From Candidatus Iainarchaeum sp. (GTDB taxonomy: Archaea > Iainarchaeota > Iainarchaeia > Iainarchaeales > CSSED10-239), in the NCBI GenBank assembly GCA_028700905.1, contig JAQVRT010000012.1:1-14859 (forward strand): a stretch of 14,859 bases of DNA, read 5' to 3'. The notes below the pieces were generated by a model. That model ran no database searches, was not told where the DNA came from, and saw nothing but the letters and a program-made list of their open reading frames with translations. Position 1 is the stretch's first letter. The number at the start of each line of letters is the position of its first letter. This document shows, piece by piece, positions 14,536-14,859 of this stretch. The position numbers and the translations under genes were made by a program.

Positions 14536-14724
14536 TTATTCTTCAATTGTAATGCATTGTACAGGACAAACATCTGCAGCTTGTTTGTTACATCCAACTT
14601 CTTTAACTTCTGTCTTTATAGGCTTTGGTTTTTCTCCTTGAAACTTCCAATTATCAGGGCAAACAGAAACACAAGCACCGCAACCAATACAAGCAGAATA
14701 ATCTTGTTTAATTTTTACAGTCAT
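14536..14724 (-). CDS. monocluster [4Fe-4S] ferredoxin (Thermotoga/Pyrococcus type)
   Basis: 62 aa. CIGCGACVSVCP plus the distal CP of ...DVCPVQCITIEE give the CxxCxxC...CP ligand pattern. Length and C-terminus match about 60-aa single-cluster ferredoxins. SD GTGAGGTAA lies upstream. Confidence 0.9.
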   Translation of the reverse strand: MTVKIKQDYSACIGCGACVSVCPDNWKFQGEKPKPIKTEVKEVGCNKQAADVCPVQCITIEE

Positions 14725-14859
14725 ATTAAAATTACCTCACATATTTTTTTTAAATATACAATAAAATAATAAATAAACACATATAAAAATATATCTATAT
14801 ACAATTTTAATATATATTTTTAAAAAACAAACAAATTAAGAAATTTTATGGATGAAAAA

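Noticed and set aside
14557-14769. A 70-aa plus-strand ORF overlaps the ferredoxin gene.
   Set aside because: It is antisense to an ORF with a complete Fe-S ligand pattern and a good SD, and its translation has no recognisable features.
14848-14859. ATG GAT GAA AAA at the right edge could be the start of a plus-strand gene.
   Set aside because: Only four codons are visible and there is no SD-like element upstream, so it cannot be supported from this window.
1-14859. I considered an alternative genetic code, hidden RNA genes, CRISPR arrays and mobile elements.
   Set aside because: Long ORFs with family motifs close on TGA (4851..4853), TAG and TAA, so there is no sign of stop-codon reassignment. 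No G+C-rich island of tRNA/rRNA type stands out against the AT-rich background. I saw no regularly spaced direct repeats, and no transposase or integrase-like ORF or terminal inverted repeats. This was visual inspection only, so a tRNAscan/Infernal and repeat search would be the proper test.

Overview
The window is a very AT-rich (about three quarters A+T by eye, not computed), tightly packed prokaryotic chromosome segment. It uses the standard genetic code, since TAA, TAG and TGA all close good ORFs. I support 20 protein-coding genes, one of them truncated at the left edge. I found no rRNA, tRNA, CRISPR array, transposase or integrase.

Gene content is mostly membrane transport and redox housekeeping:
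- a COG2509-type FAD dehydrogenase
- a membrane-anchored ArsR-type wHTH protein and two small membrane proteins
- a GltPh-type acidic amino acid symporter and an ICMT-type methyltransferase
- an AI-2E (PerM) transporter and a U32 family protein with an Fe-S type cysteine motif
- an NCS2 uracil/xanthine-type permease
- a nitroreductase, a long-form CofE-like ligase and an unknown protein, in that order on the minus strand
- a zinc-ribbon protein with an overlapping orphan ORF
- a tight operon of monocluster ferredoxin, membrane-anchored protein and endonuclease IV family enzyme

Translation signals are SD-like (GAGGTG / GTGAT). Several spacers carry an AAAGTATTTA(T/A)A element that resembles an archaeal BRE/TATA promoter. 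Together with the gene families, the Lys-rich tails and the overlapping convergent genes, this suggests a streamlined AT-rich archaeon (DPANN-like or similar). That origin is inference, and a low-GC bacterium is not excluded.

The most interesting candidate is the minus-strand nitroreductase / CofE-like / unknown cluster at 9669..12236. It looks like a split, reordered FbiB. Both of its recognisable genes have SD sequences that can pair with upstream anti-SD segments, and the pairing works better on the sense RNA. None of this can be confirmed without database searches and RNA folding.
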